NCBI GenBank assembly: GCA_015231405.1 | Contig: JADGBR010000001.1 | Span: 91,964-155,963, forward strand | Origin: Candidatus Omnitrophota bacterium | Lineage (GTDB): Bacteria > Omnitrophota > Gorgyraeia > Tantalellales > Tantalellaceae | Direction of reading: 5' to 3' | DNA length: 64,000 bases | In this document: piece after piece, positions 8,831 to 19,416 of the stretch | Position numbering within the stretch: the stretch's first letter is position 1 | Layout: the number at the start of each line of letters is the position of its first letter | Translations under genes and position numbers: made by a program | The notes under the pieces: generated by a model | The model's input: the letters and a program-made list of their open reading frames with translations, nothing else | Database searches by the model: none | Told to the model about the DNA's origin: nothing

Positions 8831-11563
8831 ATGATGACCGGAAGCGAAATAAGAAAAAAATTCCTCGACTTCTTTAAGGAGAAAGGGCATAAGATCTACC
8901 AGAGCGATCTCCTTGTGCCGAAGAACGATCCCACATTGCTGTTCACGGGAGCCGGCATGAACCAGTTCAAGGAACAGTTCATGGGCAGGAACATCGAGAG
9001 CCGCCGTGCGGCTACCAGCCAGAAATGCCTTCGGACCGGAGATCTGGATAATGTGGGCAGGACGCCGCGCCACCATACGTTCTTTGAGATGCTCGGGAAT
9101 TTCTCCTTTGGGGATTATTTTAAGAAAGAGGCGATACGATGGGCGTGGGAATTCATGACTGAAGTGATGGAATTCCCGAAGGAAAAACTTTGGGTCTCGG
9201 TATATCATAACGACAGCGAGGCTTATTCCATCTGGCTTAACGAGGTGGGAGTACCGGCCGGAAGGATAGTAAAGCTGGGCGATAAAGATAATTTCTGGCC
9301 GGCCGAGGCCCCTGAGAAAGGCCCTAACGGCCCTTGCGGACCCTGTTCGGAAATATTTTACGACTGGGGTAAGGAGAGGGGATGCGACAGAGATGGCTGC
9401 GACCCCGCCTGCGATTGCGGGAGGTATGTAGAAGTCTGGAACCTGGTTTTTACCGAACTTGAGCGCAAACCTGACGGGACTCTTATCCCGCTCCCCAATA
9501 AAAATATTGATACGGGAATGGGGCTTGAGAGGATCACCTCTGTCGCTCAATCAGCCCGAACTAATTTCGGAACGGACCTCTTTATTCCGATAATTGATAA
9601 GATCAGGGCGAATTTCGACGCGGGCGAAAAAGTTATTGACCCGGAGATAAACCTTATAGCCGACCATATCCGCGCGGCCGTTTTTACTGTTTGCGACGGG
9701 GTGTCTCCTTCAAATGAGAAAAGGGGATATGTTGTAAGGAAGCTCATCCGAAGGGCTTTTCTAAAAGGCCCGTCCGGCCGTGAGCCTTTCCTGTACGCGC
9801 TTGTCCCCGTGGTGACAAAGCTTTACTCGGACGTTTACCCGGAACTTGAGGAAAAGAGGGAGCTTATATCCGCTATCATCATGGAAGAGGAAAAAAGGTT
9901 CAAAGCGACACTGGACGGCGCTATGCCGGTCCTTGAGAGCATGATCCGGGACAACGGGGAAAATATCCTTAAGGGCGCTCAGATATTCAAGTTGGTAGAC
10001 ACATACGGGATGCCCGCGGAAGTCATAATCATGATAGCGGAAAAAAGGGCTATAAAGACCGATATGACGGGTTTCGAGGACCTCATGGAAGCCAGGAGGG
10101 ACGAGTCAAGGAGAGGCAGCGACATCACAAGTGATTTCATCTTTCAGCCTGACTTTTTCAGGAATGCACCTAAGCCGATTTTGTCTAATGAGCTTCCGCT
10201 TAAGGCGGAGCTGGCTTTCATCCTTAAGCAGGGCAAAGAGGCCGCGACGCTGGACGAGGGGGATAAGGCCGAGGTCATTCTTAGCCCGCAAAGCTCTTTA
10301 TTCTATTCCGAGGGCGGGGGACAGGCGGGGGACAAGGGCGCAATAAGGAAAGAAGACGCGACCATGCTCGTCCTTAACACCTATAACGCCGACGGCCGTA
10401 AAGTGATGGAGGTTCTAGTTCAGAAAGGGAGTTTTAATTTAGAGGATAAGGTGACGCTTTATCCCGACGCGGATAACAAGAAAAGAACAGCCTGTAACCA
10501 TACGGCGACGCATCTGCTCCAGGCCGCGCTCAGGGATGTACTCGGAGATCATGTGAAACAGTCGGGTTCATATGTAGATTCGCAGCGTCTGAGGTTCGAT
10601 TTCACCCATATGAAAAAGATAGAGCCGAGAGATATGGCCAGTATCGAAGGGTTGGTTAACCGGTGGATAGAAGATGAAAGACAGGTCTCAATAGAGACTA
10701 AACCCCTTGACGAAGCCAAGAAAGAGGGGGTTCTCTCGTTTTTCGGGGAGAAATACGGTGAGATTGTAAGGGTGGTCAAAGTTGGCGATATTTCAAAAGA
10801 ACTGTGCGGCGGCGATCATGCCGATTCGTCAGGCGATATAGGGTTTTTTAAGATCGTTAGCGAGAGCTCGATCGCGAGCGGGATAAGAAGGATCGAGGCG
10901 TTAACCGACCAGTCGGCAAAGGACTGGCTTCGGAAAAAGGCCAAGCTTCTTATGGAGGGTTATTACGGCGCGGGTGACTCCGCTTTTCTTTCGGTCCTGG
11001 TCAATGACGTGGACGGCCTATCGGATGCGGTAAAGGCCGTTAAAGCGTTACTTGAGGGCAGAGAGGAAATAACAAGCAGGTACATGGCATTTTTCGAGAA
11101 GGATATCGAACCTGTCTTCGCTAAGATGAAAGAATACCTGTCTGAATTGAAAAAGAAGGAACGGAAGTCGAAAGAGGCTGACGGGTTCAATTCCGTAAGA
11201 GAGGAGCTGGATAAAGCGATATCACGCGCTCCGGCGCCGGGAGAGACCTGTTTTCTCTCAGGGGTTTTTTTCGACGTCGAGAGTTCCGTACTTAAAAAAG
11301 GGATCGTCTATGCGGAACAAAAGATAGGGTCGGGCGTTATCATGCTTGGGAATAATTCCGGAGGCACGGTGACGCTCCAATGTTCCGTGACCAAAGATCT
11401 TGCAGGATCGAAGTTCAGCGCCAGGGATATACTGGGAAAAGTCGTTGGTTTTATTGGAGGCGGCGGCGGAGGGAACGACGCGTTCGCCCAGGCCGGGGGT
11501 AAGAACGCGGACGGGCTTCTGGAGGCGATAAAAGAAGCTAAGCGTGTGGTCACGGGAAAGTGA
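8831..11563 (+). CDS. alaS: alanine--tRNA ligase
   Basis: DPTLLFTGAGMNQFK, HHTFFEMLGNFSFGDYFK, DTGMGLER, editing motifs NHTATH and ELCGG, C-terminal GGGGG. Confidence 0.97.
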   Translation: MMTGSEIRKKFLDFFKEKGHKIYQSDLLVPKNDPTLLFTGAGMNQFKEQFMGRNIESRRAATSQKCLRTGDLDNVGRTPRHHTFFEMLGNFSFGDYFKKEAIRWAWEFMTEVMEFPKEKLWVSVYHNDSEAYSIWLNEVGVPAGRIVKLGDKDNFWPAEAPEKGPNGPCGPCSEIFYDWGKERGCDRDGCDPACDCGRYVEVWNLVFTELERKPDGTLIPLPNKNIDTGMGLERITSVAQSARTNFGTDLFIPIIDKIRANFDAGEKVIDPEINLIADHIRAAVFTVCDGVSPSNEKRGYVVRKLIRRAFLKGPSGREPFLYALVPVVTKLYSDVYPELEEKRELISAIIMEEEKRFKATLDGAMPVLESMIRDNGENILKGAQIFKLVDTYGMPAEVIIMIAEKRAIKTDMTGFEDLMEARRDESRRGSDITSDFIFQPDFFRNAPKPILSNELPLKAELAFILKQGKEAATLDEGDKAEVILSPQSSLFYSEGGGQAGDKGAIRKEDATMLVLNTYNADGRKVMEVLVQKGSFNLEDKVTLYPDADNKKRTACNHTATHLLQAALRDVLGDHVKQSGSYVDSQRLRFDFTHMKKIEPRDMASIEGLVNRWIEDERQVSIETKPLDEAKKEGVLSFFGEKYGEIVRVVKVGDISKELCGGDHADSSGDIGFFKIVSESSIASGIRRIEALTDQSAKDWLRKKAKLLMEGYYGAGDSAFLSVLVNDVDGLSDAVKAVKALLEGREEITSRYMAFFEKDIEPVFAKMKEYLSELKKKERKSKEADGFNSVREELDKAISRAPAPGETCFLSGVFFDVESSVLKKGIVYAEQKIGSGVIMLGNNSGGTVTLQCSVTKDLAGSKFSARDILGKVVGFIGGGGGGNDAFAQAGGKNADGLLEAIKEAKRVVTGK

Positions 11564-11585
11564 CAGAGCCGGCGAAGGGGACAAT

Positions 11586-12818
11586 ATGAGAAGCATAAAG
11601 ATAGGAAGCGCAAATTTCGAAAAACTTGTGAACAGGGACGACGCGAGGAAAAGGAGGCTGGTAGATAAGGTAGCCGGTATCATCGAGAACGTCCGTTCGC
11701 ACGGGGATAAGGCGGTCATAACTTACACTAAAAGGTTCGACAGGATAGAGCTTTCCAGAAAAGATCTACGGGTGAGCGAGGCCGAGATAAGCGGGGCGTA
11801 TCAGGATATAAAACCCGAATTGGTCAATACCCTCAAACGCATTATCAAGAACATGAACAAGTTCTACCGGAACCAGCTTCCCAAGTCATGGACCATCAAA
11901 CATGAGAGCGGGATCGAGGTGGGCGAAAAATTCGAACCTATCAGGAGAGTGGGTATATATGTGCCTGGCGGAACGGCACCGCTCGTTTCGAGCGTATACA
12001 TGACCGTGATACCTGCCGTCATAGCCGGGGTAAAGGAGATAGTGCTGATGTCACCCCCGAACCAGCATAAAAGCATAGATCCTCATATCCTTGTGATGGC
12101 TAATCTATTGAACGTTAAAGAGATCTATAAAATAGGAGGCGCCCAGGCCATCGCGGCTATGGCACTCGGGACAAAGACCATACCTAAAGTCGATAAGATA
12201 GTTGGTCCGGGTAACGAGTATGTTACGGAGGCCAAGCGGCAGGTGTTCGGGTACGTGGATATCGACATGCTGGCGGGACCCAGCGAGATACTGATCATAG
12301 CCAACCAGCATGCTAATATCGATTTCATTAAGAAAGATCTGTTATCACAGTCAGAACATCATAAGGGGCTGGCTCTCCTGGTGACGCCGTCCAAAAAAAT
12401 ATTTAACGCTTTCCATAAAGACGGGTCGATAAAAGGGTATTTGATAAAGGTCAAGAACCTCGACCAGGCGGTCGAGGTGGCGAACCTCGTCGCTCCGGAA
12501 CACCTTGAGATAATGGTAAAATCCCCGGGAAGGTTGATGAAGAACATCAAGAACGCCGGAGCGATATTCCTGGGTGATTACTCTCCGGTAACTCTCGGCG
12601 ATTATGTGGCCGGGCCCAGCCATGTGCTGCCTACCGGAGGGACAGCCAGGTTTTTTTCAGGGTTGAACCTGAGGAGTTTCGTTAAAAGCTCTCATATCAT
12701 TTCGTATTCGAAAAAAGCGCTCAGCCAGTCGGCGGAGCTCGTTAAAGACCTTACGGACCTGGAAAGACTTAAATGCCACTGGGAATCGGTAGCTGTAAGG
12801 AACGAGGATGAAAAGTGA
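11586..12818 (+). CDS. hisD: histidinol dehydrogenase
   Basis: GIYVPGG, KIVGPGN, IDMLAGPSE, APEHLE, GDYVAGPSHVLPTGG. Confidence 0.95.
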   Translation: MRSIKIGSANFEKLVNRDDARKRRLVDKVAGIIENVRSHGDKAVITYTKRFDRIELSRKDLRVSEAEISGAYQDIKPELVNTLKRIIKNMNKFYRNQLPKSWTIKHESGIEVGEKFEPIRRVGIYVPGGTAPLVSSVYMTVIPAVIAGVKEIVLMSPPNQHKSIDPHILVMANLLNVKEIYKIGGAQAIAAMALGTKTIPKVDKIVGPGNEYVTEAKRQVFGYVDIDMLAGPSEILIIANQHANIDFIKKDLLSQSEHHKGLALLVTPSKKIFNAFHKDGSIKGYLIKVKNLDQAVEVANLVAPEHLEIMVKSPGRLMKNIKNAGAIFLGDYSPVTLGDYVAGPSHVLPTGGTARFFSGLNLRSFVKSSHIISYSKKALSQSAELVKDLTDLERLKCHWESVAVRNEDEK

Positions 12819-12873
12819 GACTGGGCAGGGCATATTCCGGGAATGAGCCTGTCTTACGCGCGAGGAGGACACG

Positions 12874-13515
12874 ATGGTTAAATCAGGGAAAAAGGAAAGC
12901 AAGGCTCAAAGAAGTACGTCTTATGAAAGAAAAACAAAAGAAACACAGATAGATATACCTCTTCTGAACATAGACGGCAAAGGTGAGTCCAGGATCAAGA
13001 CACGCATAGGTTTTCTTGATCATATGCTGACGCTTTTCGCGTATCACGGTTTTTTCGATATAGAGCTTAACGCGGAGGGGGACACCCATGTGGACAATCA
13101 CCACCTTAACGAGGATATAGGTCTGGCCATCGCCGATGCTTTTAAGAAAGCCCTGGCTGAGTCCAGAGGCATCGTAAGGATAGCGTCCGCCGAGGTTCCC
13201 ATGGACATGGTCAGCGCCAAGGTCCTTATCGATATCTCTAATAGGCCGGCATTCAGATTTATATCCAAAAGGGAAGGAGTCGAGATAAAGGACTCGGAAG
13301 GGTATTCGATGCATTACGCCGTGGATTTTCTTGAAAGTTTCGCTAAAAGGCTGGGGATGAACCTTCACATAGAGATAAACGGCGGGGCGAGCGACGTGGA
13401 TATGCACCATTATCTGGAAGCCGTTTTTAAGGCTTTCGGCATGGCGATGGATAAAGCGACTGCGTTAGACCCCAGGCGTGAAGGGGAAGTGCCGTCGAGT
13501 AAGGGGATATTGTAA
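12874..13515 (+). CDS. hisB: imidazoleglycerol-phosphate dehydratase
   Basis: RKTKETQI, FLDHML, DNHHLNED, HHYLEAVFKAFG, PSSKGIL. Confidence 0.95.
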   Translation: MVKSGKKESKAQRSTSYERKTKETQIDIPLLNIDGKGESRIKTRIGFLDHMLTLFAYHGFFDIELNAEGDTHVDNHHLNEDIGLAIADAFKKALAESRGIVRIASAEVPMDMVSAKVLIDISNRPAFRFISKREGVEIKDSEGYSMHYAVDFLESFAKRLGMNLHIEINGGASDVDMHHYLEAVFKAFGMAMDKATALDPRREGEVPSSKGIL

Positions 13516-13518
13516 TAG

Positions 13519-13592
13519 ACTATGGACCATGGACAATGGACTATGGACTTTTTTTGGTCAAATACCTTTTAAGGTCCATGGTCTATGGTCCA
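13519..13592. repeat. inverted heptamer array (ACHATGG family)
   Basis: ACTATGG ACCATGG ACAATGG ACTATGG (13519-13546); CCATGGT CTATGGT CCA (13576-13592). Confidence 0.88.
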
Positions 13593-13607
13593 ATTAGGAT
13601 ATGCGAC

Positions 13608-14216
13608 ATGATTGGTATAATTGATTACGGTTCCGGCAATCTGATGAGCGTTTATAACGCTTTTAAGTATTTGGGCCAAGATGTCCGGGTATGCGGGAAA
13701 CCGTCGGAATTGGACATCGCGGATAAGATCGTTCTCCCCGGCGTAGGATCTTCCAGGGCTGCGATGGATTGTCTCAGTGAAAAAGGGCTCCTGGATGCGA
13801 TAATAGGCGCTATAAAAAAAGGGAAGAACTTCCTTGGTTTGTGCCTGGGGCTCCAGCTTTTACTCGAAACGAGCGAAGAGAGCGGAGGGTGTGATTGTTT
13901 AGGGCTCTTCAAGGGGACTGTAAGGCTTTTCCCCGGGAACATGGGCCTAAAAGTCCCGCATATGGGATGGAACACTGTAGGCTTCGGAAAAAGGGATTGC
14001 CCTATTTTTAAGGGGATACCTGACAATAGCTATTTTTATTTTGTTCATTCTTATTACTGCGATAACCGGGACGAAGCCATAACCGCCGGCGTAACGGGCT
14101 ATGGTCTGGATTTTACATCCGCTGTATGGGACGCGAACGTATTCGCGCTGCAATTCCACCCGGAAAGGTCTCAGGAGAACGGGTTACGAATACTAAGAAA
14201 CTTCATAGAGCTATGA
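13608..14216 (+). CDS. hisH: imidazole glycerol phosphate synthase, glutaminase subunit
   Basis: [40 protein letters not shown]. Confidence 0.96.
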   Translation: MIGIIDYGSGNLMSVYNAFKYLGQDVRVCGKPSELDIADKIVLPGVGSSRAAMDCLSEKGLLDAIIGAIKKGKNFLGLCLGLQLLLETSEESGGCDCLGLFKGTVRLFPGNMGLKVPHMGWNTVGFGKRDCPIFKGIPDNSYFYFVHSYYCDNRDEAITAGVTGYGLDFTSAVWDANVFALQFHPERSQENGLRILRNFIEL

Positions 14217-14953
14217 TAATTATACCGGCGATAGACATTATCGGGGGAAGGACGGTCAGGCTCGAAAAGGGTAGTTATGACCGCGAGCTTAAGTATGACA
14301 TGTCGCCGGTTGACGCCGCGCTTTTGTGGGAGAAAGCCGGAGCGGAACTTCTGCATGTGATCGATCTGGAAGGCGCCAGGGCCGGAAAGCCCATCAATAA
14401 GGTGATAGCCGGGGAAATAATCGGTAAAGTGAGGATACCGGTCCAGGTCGGCGGGGGTTACAGGGATATAGGATCGATAAGGGACGCTCTGGCTATTGGA
14501 GCCAGGAGAGTTATCGTAGGATCGAAAGCTATAGAGGACCTGGATTTCGCGGAACAAGCCGTAAAAATATTCGGTGACAAGGTCATTTTTAGCGTCGATG
14601 TGTCCAAAGGAAAGATAAGGATCAGCGGGTGGGAGCGTTCTGTCGGAGCGGACATCGGGGAGATATTTGGAAGGCTTAAGGGTATAGGCGTTACTGAGAT
14701 CATTTTTACCGATATATCCAGGGATGGGACGCTGGCCGGTCCGGATATTGAAGGGATCAGTGAGATTTTTCATGGCGCCGGGCTTAAATTTATCTATGCC
14801 GGAGGTATAAAGAACGTAGGGCATATATCTAAAATGAGGGATCTGTCCCGAATAGGATTGACCGGCATCATCACGGGCCGCGCCCTTTACGACGGTACGA
14901 TAGATCTCAGGGAGGCAATTAGTGCTTGCGAAAAGGGTAATACCCTGTCTTGA
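14213..14953 (+). CDS. hisA: ProFAR isomerase
   Basis: [45 protein letters not shown]. Confidence 0.95.
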   Translation: MIIIPAIDIIGGRTVRLEKGSYDRELKYDMSPVDAALLWEKAGAELLHVIDLEGARAGKPINKVIAGEIIGKVRIPVQVGGGYRDIGSIRDALAIGARRVIVGSKAIEDLDFAEQAVKIFGDKVIFSVDVSKGKIRISGWERSVGADIGEIFGRLKGIGVTEIIFTDISRDGTLAGPDIEGISEIFHGAGLKFIYAGGIKNVGHISKMRDLSRIGLTGIITGRALYDGTIDLREAISACEKGNTLS

Positions 14954-15683
14954 TGTAAAGGACGGGAGGGTCGTTAAGGGTGTGAATTTTCTCTCTCTAC
15001 GGGATGCCGGCGATCCTGTCGAGAACGCTAAAATATATAACGACGAAGGCGCCGATGAACTTGTTTTCCTGGATATTACGGCAAGTTACGAAGCCAGAAA
15101 GACCATGGTAGATGTCGTAAGGAACGTAGCCAGGCAGGTGTTCATGCCCTTTACGGTCGGGGGGGGGATCTCTTCGATCGAGGATATAAGGGATATGCTC
15201 AACGCCGGGTGCGATAAGGTATCCATAAACACTTCGGCCGTCAAAAGGCCTCAGCTGGTGAAAGAAGCGAGCGATAAATTCGGTACACAATGCATAGTTG
15301 TGGCTATAGACGCCAAGAGCGGAACGAAAGGCGGCTGGGAAGTCTATATAAAAGGAGGACGCGAGTCGACCGGCATCGACGCGGTTGAGTGGGCTAAGAA
15401 AGCTGCGTCTTTGGGCGCAGGCGAGATACTTTTGACGAGCATGGACCGTGACGGAACAAAGAACGGTTTTGACATAGCGCTCACACGGGCGGTTTCTAGT
15501 GCCGTGAACATACCCGTTATCGCTTCAGGCGGATGCGGCGGACTCGACGATTTTGTAGATGTGTTCCGTCAAGCCGGAGCCGACGCCGCCCTGGCCGCGT
15601 CGATATTCCATTTTCGCGAATTTTCGATCAAAGAGGTGAAGGAAAAGCTGCGTAGTTCCGGGATAATTGTACGTAATCAGTAG
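14922..15683 (+). CDS. hisF: imidazole glycerol phosphate synthase, cyclase subunit
   Basis: [42 protein letters not shown]. Confidence 0.97.
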   Translation: MLAKRVIPCLDVKDGRVVKGVNFLSLRDAGDPVENAKIYNDEGADELVFLDITASYEARKTMVDVVRNVARQVFMPFTVGGGISSIEDIRDMLNAGCDKVSINTSAVKRPQLVKEASDKFGTQCIVVAIDAKSGTKGGWEVYIKGGRESTGIDAVEWAKKAASLGAGEILLTSMDRDGTKNGFDIALTRAVSSAVNIPVIASGGCGGLDDFVDVFRQAGADAALAASIFHFREFSIKEVKEKLRSSGIIVRNQ

Positions 15684-15706
15684 GGGCGGCCCTTGTGGCC
15701 GCCCTA
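15680..15706. repeat. GTAG-type REP-like palindrome
   Basis: GTAG-GGGCGGCC-CTTGT-GGCCGCCC-TA, overlapping the hisF stop codon. Confidence 0.7.
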
Positions 15707-15713
15707 AAAAAGT

Positions 15714-15737
15714 CCATGGTCCATGGTCCATGGTCTA
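15714..15737. repeat. solo right-arm heptamer array (CCATGGT x3)
   Basis: CCATGGT CCATGGT CCATGGT CTA; same unit as at 13576. Confidence 0.8.
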
Positions 15738-15754
15738 AATCAAAGGGGGCGAAC

Positions 15755-16147
15755 ATGGACTTAACGCGATTCATTGAAGAGTTGATTTTTAATCATCATG
15801 GGCTCATCCCTGCCGTCATTCAGGATGACGCGAGCGGCAGGGTTTTGACTTTATGTTATATGGATAAAATGGCCATCCTCAAAACTATCGAAGAAAAGAA
15901 GATCTATGTGTTCAGGAGATCGTCGGGGCGTCTCATGCTTAAGGGGGAGGTTTCGGGTAATATCCAGGTCGTTAAGAGCGTTTACGTAGATTGCGCAGAT
16001 AACTCCCTTCTTTTTAAAGTCGATCCGGTAAAAGCCGCATGTCACGAAGGCTATTTCAGCTGTTTTTACCAGAAGATAGACGACAATGGTAACCGCATTG
16101 TGAGCGAGGAGCGGCTCTTCGATCCGAAGGAAGTGTACAGGGCATAG
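15755..16147 (+). CDS. hisI: phosphoribosyl-AMP cyclohydrolase (divergent)
   Basis: GLIPAVIQD, KGEVSGN, DC...ACHEGYFSCF; position in the his operon. Confidence 0.85.
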   Translation: MDLTRFIEELIFNHHGLIPAVIQDDASGRVLTLCYMDKMAILKTIEEKKIYVFRRSSGRLMLKGEVSGNIQVVKSVYVDCADNSLLFKVDPVKAACHEGYFSCFYQKIDDNGNRIVSEERLFDPKEVYRA

Positions 16148-16165
16148 CTGACAGGTGAAGTTGAT

Positions 16166-17641
16166 ATGTATTATCCCGACAAACAAAAGTTCATTGAATT
16201 GAGTCAGAACGGTAACCTTATCCCGGTTTGCCGTGAAATGCTGGCTGATTTTGATACCCCTCTATCGGTGTTCATCAAGGTCGACCGCGGGGAGCATTCG
16301 TTCCTTCTCGAGTCGGTCGTGGGTGGGGAGAGGCTAGGAAGGTATTCCATTATAGGGACCGAACCGGCCCTTGTTGTGGAGCTTAAAGCAAAACGGATCA
16401 AAATAACCGAAGACGGAAAAACCGACTCACGTGACATCGTCGGCGACCCTTTCAGCGAAATAAAAAAAATAATGGCGCGCTATAAACCGGTCGCGGTCCA
16501 GGGACTCCCGAGATTTTCAGGGGGGCTCATAGGCTATATCGGATACGACTCAGTCAGGTTCATCGAGGATATCCCCGACAAGAACCCGGAAGGGATAGAC
16601 ATGCCTGACATGAAGTTCGTGCTGGCTGACACTATCCTAATATTCGACCACATAGACAGGAAGATAAAAATAGTCGCCAACGCCTTATTGAACGGTGAGC
16701 CCGGGGAAATATATGACCGCGTCTTAAGGAAGATAGACGATATGGCATCAAGGCTTAGGGCGCCGGTTACGGTTCCCGTGAGCAGGGAGATATCCGGCAA
16801 GGCATCCCTTGTTGAGTCCAATTTCTCCAGAGAAGCTTTTATGAAAGTGGTCGAAAGGGCAAAGGAACATATACGGCGCGGGGATATAATACAGATGGTA
16901 CCGTCACAACGCCTGAAAAGGTCGACATCAGCCGATCCTTTTTCAATATACAGAGCACTCAGGTCGATAAATCCTTCGCCGTACATGTATTATCTCAAGT
17001 TTGGTGATGTCCGGGTGATAGGATCTTCCCCGGAGATACTTGTCCGGGCGGAGGAAGGTATAGTCGAGGTAAGGCCGATCGCCGGTACTAGAAAAAGAGG
17101 GAAGGATCCCGATGACGATATTGCTCTTGAGAAGGAGCTTCTCCAGGATCCCAAAGAAAGGGCCGAGCATATAATGCTCGTGGACCTGGGACGCAACGAT
17201 ATCGGAAGGGTATGCGAATACTCGAGCGTCCAGCCCCGGGAACTTATGAGGATAGAACGATACTCACATGTCATGCACATTGTCAGCGACGTTACGGGAA
17301 AGCTAAGGCCGGATAAGGATATATTCGATGTTATAAGGGCGACATTTCCCGCCGGGACCGTGACCGGTGCTCCCAAGGTAAGGGCTATGGAACTCATAGA
17401 CGAGTTCGAGAATATTAAACGCGGCCTTTACGCCGGCTCAGTGGGGTATATAGGGTTTTCGGGGAACATTGACCTATGCATCGCGATACGTACCATTATC
17501 ATAAAGGACGGCGTTTCGTATGTGCAGGCCGGGGCCGGTATAGTCCTTGATTCGGAACCGGAAAAAGAATATGAGGAAACCCTTAATAAAGCGAAAGGGA
17601 TGATGATGGCGATAGATTTCGCGGAGCGGGGGCTTGAATAG
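16166..17641 (+). CDS. trpE: anthranilate synthase component I
   Basis: SFLLES, NPSPYMY, GSSPE, PIAGTR, KERAEHIMLVDLGRND, FPAGTVTGAPK. Confidence 0.96.
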   Translation: MYYPDKQKFIELSQNGNLIPVCREMLADFDTPLSVFIKVDRGEHSFLLESVVGGERLGRYSIIGTEPALVVELKAKRIKITEDGKTDSRDIVGDPFSEIKKIMARYKPVAVQGLPRFSGGLIGYIGYDSVRFIEDIPDKNPEGIDMPDMKFVLADTILIFDHIDRKIKIVANALLNGEPGEIYDRVLRKIDDMASRLRAPVTVPVSREISGKASLVESNFSREAFMKVVERAKEHIRRGDIIQMVPSQRLKRSTSADPFSIYRALRSINPSPYMYYLKFGDVRVIGSSPEILVRAEEGIVEVRPIAGTRKRGKDPDDDIALEKELLQDPKERAEHIMLVDLGRNDIGRVCEYSSVQPRELMRIERYSHVMHIVSDVTGKLRPDKDIFDVIRATFPAGTVTGAPKVRAMELIDEFENIKRGLYAGSVGYIGFSGNIDLCIAIRTIIIKDGVSYVQAGAGIVLDSEPEKEYEETLNKAKGMMMAIDFAERGLE

Positions 17642-17649
17642 TATGTATA

Positions 17650-17759
17650 GGCATAGCGCAGAGCGCATGGCGCATAGCTTGATGATTATAGTGTATAGAG
17701 CAACCGGACAGGGTTAATGAAGACATTTACGCCATGCGCTTTGCTCTATGCGCTATGCA
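17650..17759. repeat. inverted heptamer array (CGCATRG family)
   Basis: GGCATAG CGCAGAG CGCATGG CGCATAG (17650-17677); CCATGCG CTTTGCT CTATGCG CTATGCA (17732-17759). Confidence 0.9.
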
Positions 17760-17784
17760 AAAAGGCGCACACGGAGAAAAAAAG

Positions 17785-18348
17785 ATGATCCTCGTCATAG
17801 ACAATTATGATTCGTTCACATATAACCTGGTTCAGTATATAGGGGAAACAGGAAGAGAAGTTGTTGTTTTTCGGAATGACAAGATCACGCTCGATGAGAT
17901 CAGAGGCATGAAACCCGAAAAGTTGATCATTTCGCCTGGCCCAGGCAGACCGGACGAGGCGGGGATCTCGAAGGAAGTTATCGCGCGATTTACCGGAACG
18001 ATTCCCATCCTTGGGGTTTGTCTCGGGCATCAGTCCATCGGCGAAGTGTTCGGAGCCAGCGTGGTCCGGGCGGCAAGGATAATGCACGGCAAGGTCAGCG
18101 ATATTTACCATAACAGCAAAGGAATATTCAAGGATATACCGTCGCCTTTTACCGCGACGAGATACCACTCGCTGCTCATAGAACCAAAAACCCTTAAGAA
18201 GCCGCTTGAGGTCACGGCGTGGACGGATCAAGGGGAGATAATGGGTATCAGCCATATGGATAAACCGTTATGGGGCGTCCAGTTCCACCCGGAATCGATC
18301 CTGACGGTAGAGGGAAAGAAGCTGTTGAGAAATTTTCTGGAGATGTGA
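17785..18348 (+). CDS. trpG: anthranilate synthase component II (glutamine amidotransferase)
   Basis: [41 protein letters not shown]. Confidence 0.95.
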   Translation: MILVIDNYDSFTYNLVQYIGETGREVVVFRNDKITLDEIRGMKPEKLIISPGPGRPDEAGISKEVIARFTGTIPILGVCLGHQSIGEVFGASVVRAARIMHGKVSDIYHNSKGIFKDIPSPFTATRYHSLLIEPKTLKKPLEVTAWTDQGEIMGISHMDKPLWGVQFHPESILTVEGKKLLRNFLEM

Positions 18349-18372
18349 TAAAAAAGCTGAAGTATTAGTTAA

Positions 18373-19416
18373 ATGATCATAAAAGACGCGATAATTCAAG
18401 TTACCGGACGAAAGTCTCTGACCGAAGCAGAGGCGAATACGGTATTCAACGAGATCATGAGCGGGTTATGCACACCGGCGCAGATTGGGGCGCTGCTCGT
18501 CGCACTTAAGATGAAGGGTGAGACTGCCGGGGAGATAACAGGAGCCGCCCGGGCGATCCGTGAGAGAGCATTGAGGATATATCCTCTTGGAAAAGACTGG
18601 GAGATCGGAGGGGGTATTCTTCTGGATACTTGCGGGACGGGAGGGTCAGGGAAGAATATATTCAATGTATCGACCGTAACCGCGTTCGTCGTCGCCGGGG
18701 CCGGAGTGAAAGTGTCCAAGCATGGCAACAGAGCGTCTTCAGGTTCGTCGGGAAGCGCTGATGTGCTCGAAGCGCTGGGGGTTAAAGTTGATGTCGACCC
18801 TTTGATAACGGAAAAATGCGTAAGGGAAATAGGCATTGGATTCATGTTCGCCCCGGTTTACCATGCCGCGATGAAGCATGCCGCGCTCCCGCGTAAAGAG
18901 ATAGGGGTGAGGACGATATTTAACCTGCTGGGGCCGCTAGCTAACCCCGCGAACGCGAACTGCCATATTATGGGAGTATTTGACGGTGAGCTGGCCGAAA
19001 TAATGGCTGATGTCCTAGAGCGGCTGGGAGTTAAACACGCTTATGTTGTTCACGGGATGGAAGGTCTTGACGAAGTATCTATAACCGGTAAAACAATGAT
19101 ATTCGAGGTAATTAACTTAGAAGTGAAGAAGTTCTTCCTGGAACCGTCGGATTTCGGTATCGGGAACGCCACTCTCAACGATATTAAAGGCGGAACTCCG
19201 GCAGAGAACGCAAAAATAGCGAGGGATATATTATCGGCTAAAAAAGGCCCATGTATGGATATGGTTCTCTTGAACGCGAGCATCGCTCTTATGGCATCCG
19301 GGAAAGCCGCTAACCCTGTGGAAGGCGTTAAGATAGCCCGTTATTCCATAGAGTCAGGTGCCGCTTCCGCGAAGCTTGATATGCTTGTTAAAATAACCAG
19401 GGAAGGAGAGATATGA
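18373..19416 (+). CDS. trpD: anthranilate phosphoribosyltransferase
   Basis: DTCGTGG, FNVST, KHGNR, RTIFNLLGPLANP, GLDE. Confidence 0.96.
   Translation: MIIKDAIIQVTGRKSLTEAEANTVFNEIMSGLCTPAQIGALLVALKMKGETAGEITGAARAIRERALRIYPLGKDWEIGGGILLDTCGTGGSGKNIFNVSTVTAFVVAGAGVKVSKHGNRASSGSSGSADVLEALGVKVDVDPLITEKCVREIGIGFMFAPVYHAAMKHAALPRKEIGVRTIFNLLGPLANPANANCHIMGVFDGELAEIMADVLERLGVKHAYVVHGMEGLDEVSITGKTMIFEVINLEVKKFFLEPSDFGIGNATLNDIKGGTPAENAKIARDILSAKKGPCMDMVLLNASIALMASGKAANPVEGVKIARYSIESGAASAKLDMLVKITREGEI

Noticed and set aside
12816-12857. Imperfect hairpin between hisD and hisB
   Set aside because: Single copy, no U-tract, no 7-nt periodicity; cannot be assigned
16148-16165. trp attenuator, T-box or leader peptide
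   Set aside because: trpE follows hisI after 18 nt, leaving no room; likewise no SAM riboswitch space before metK
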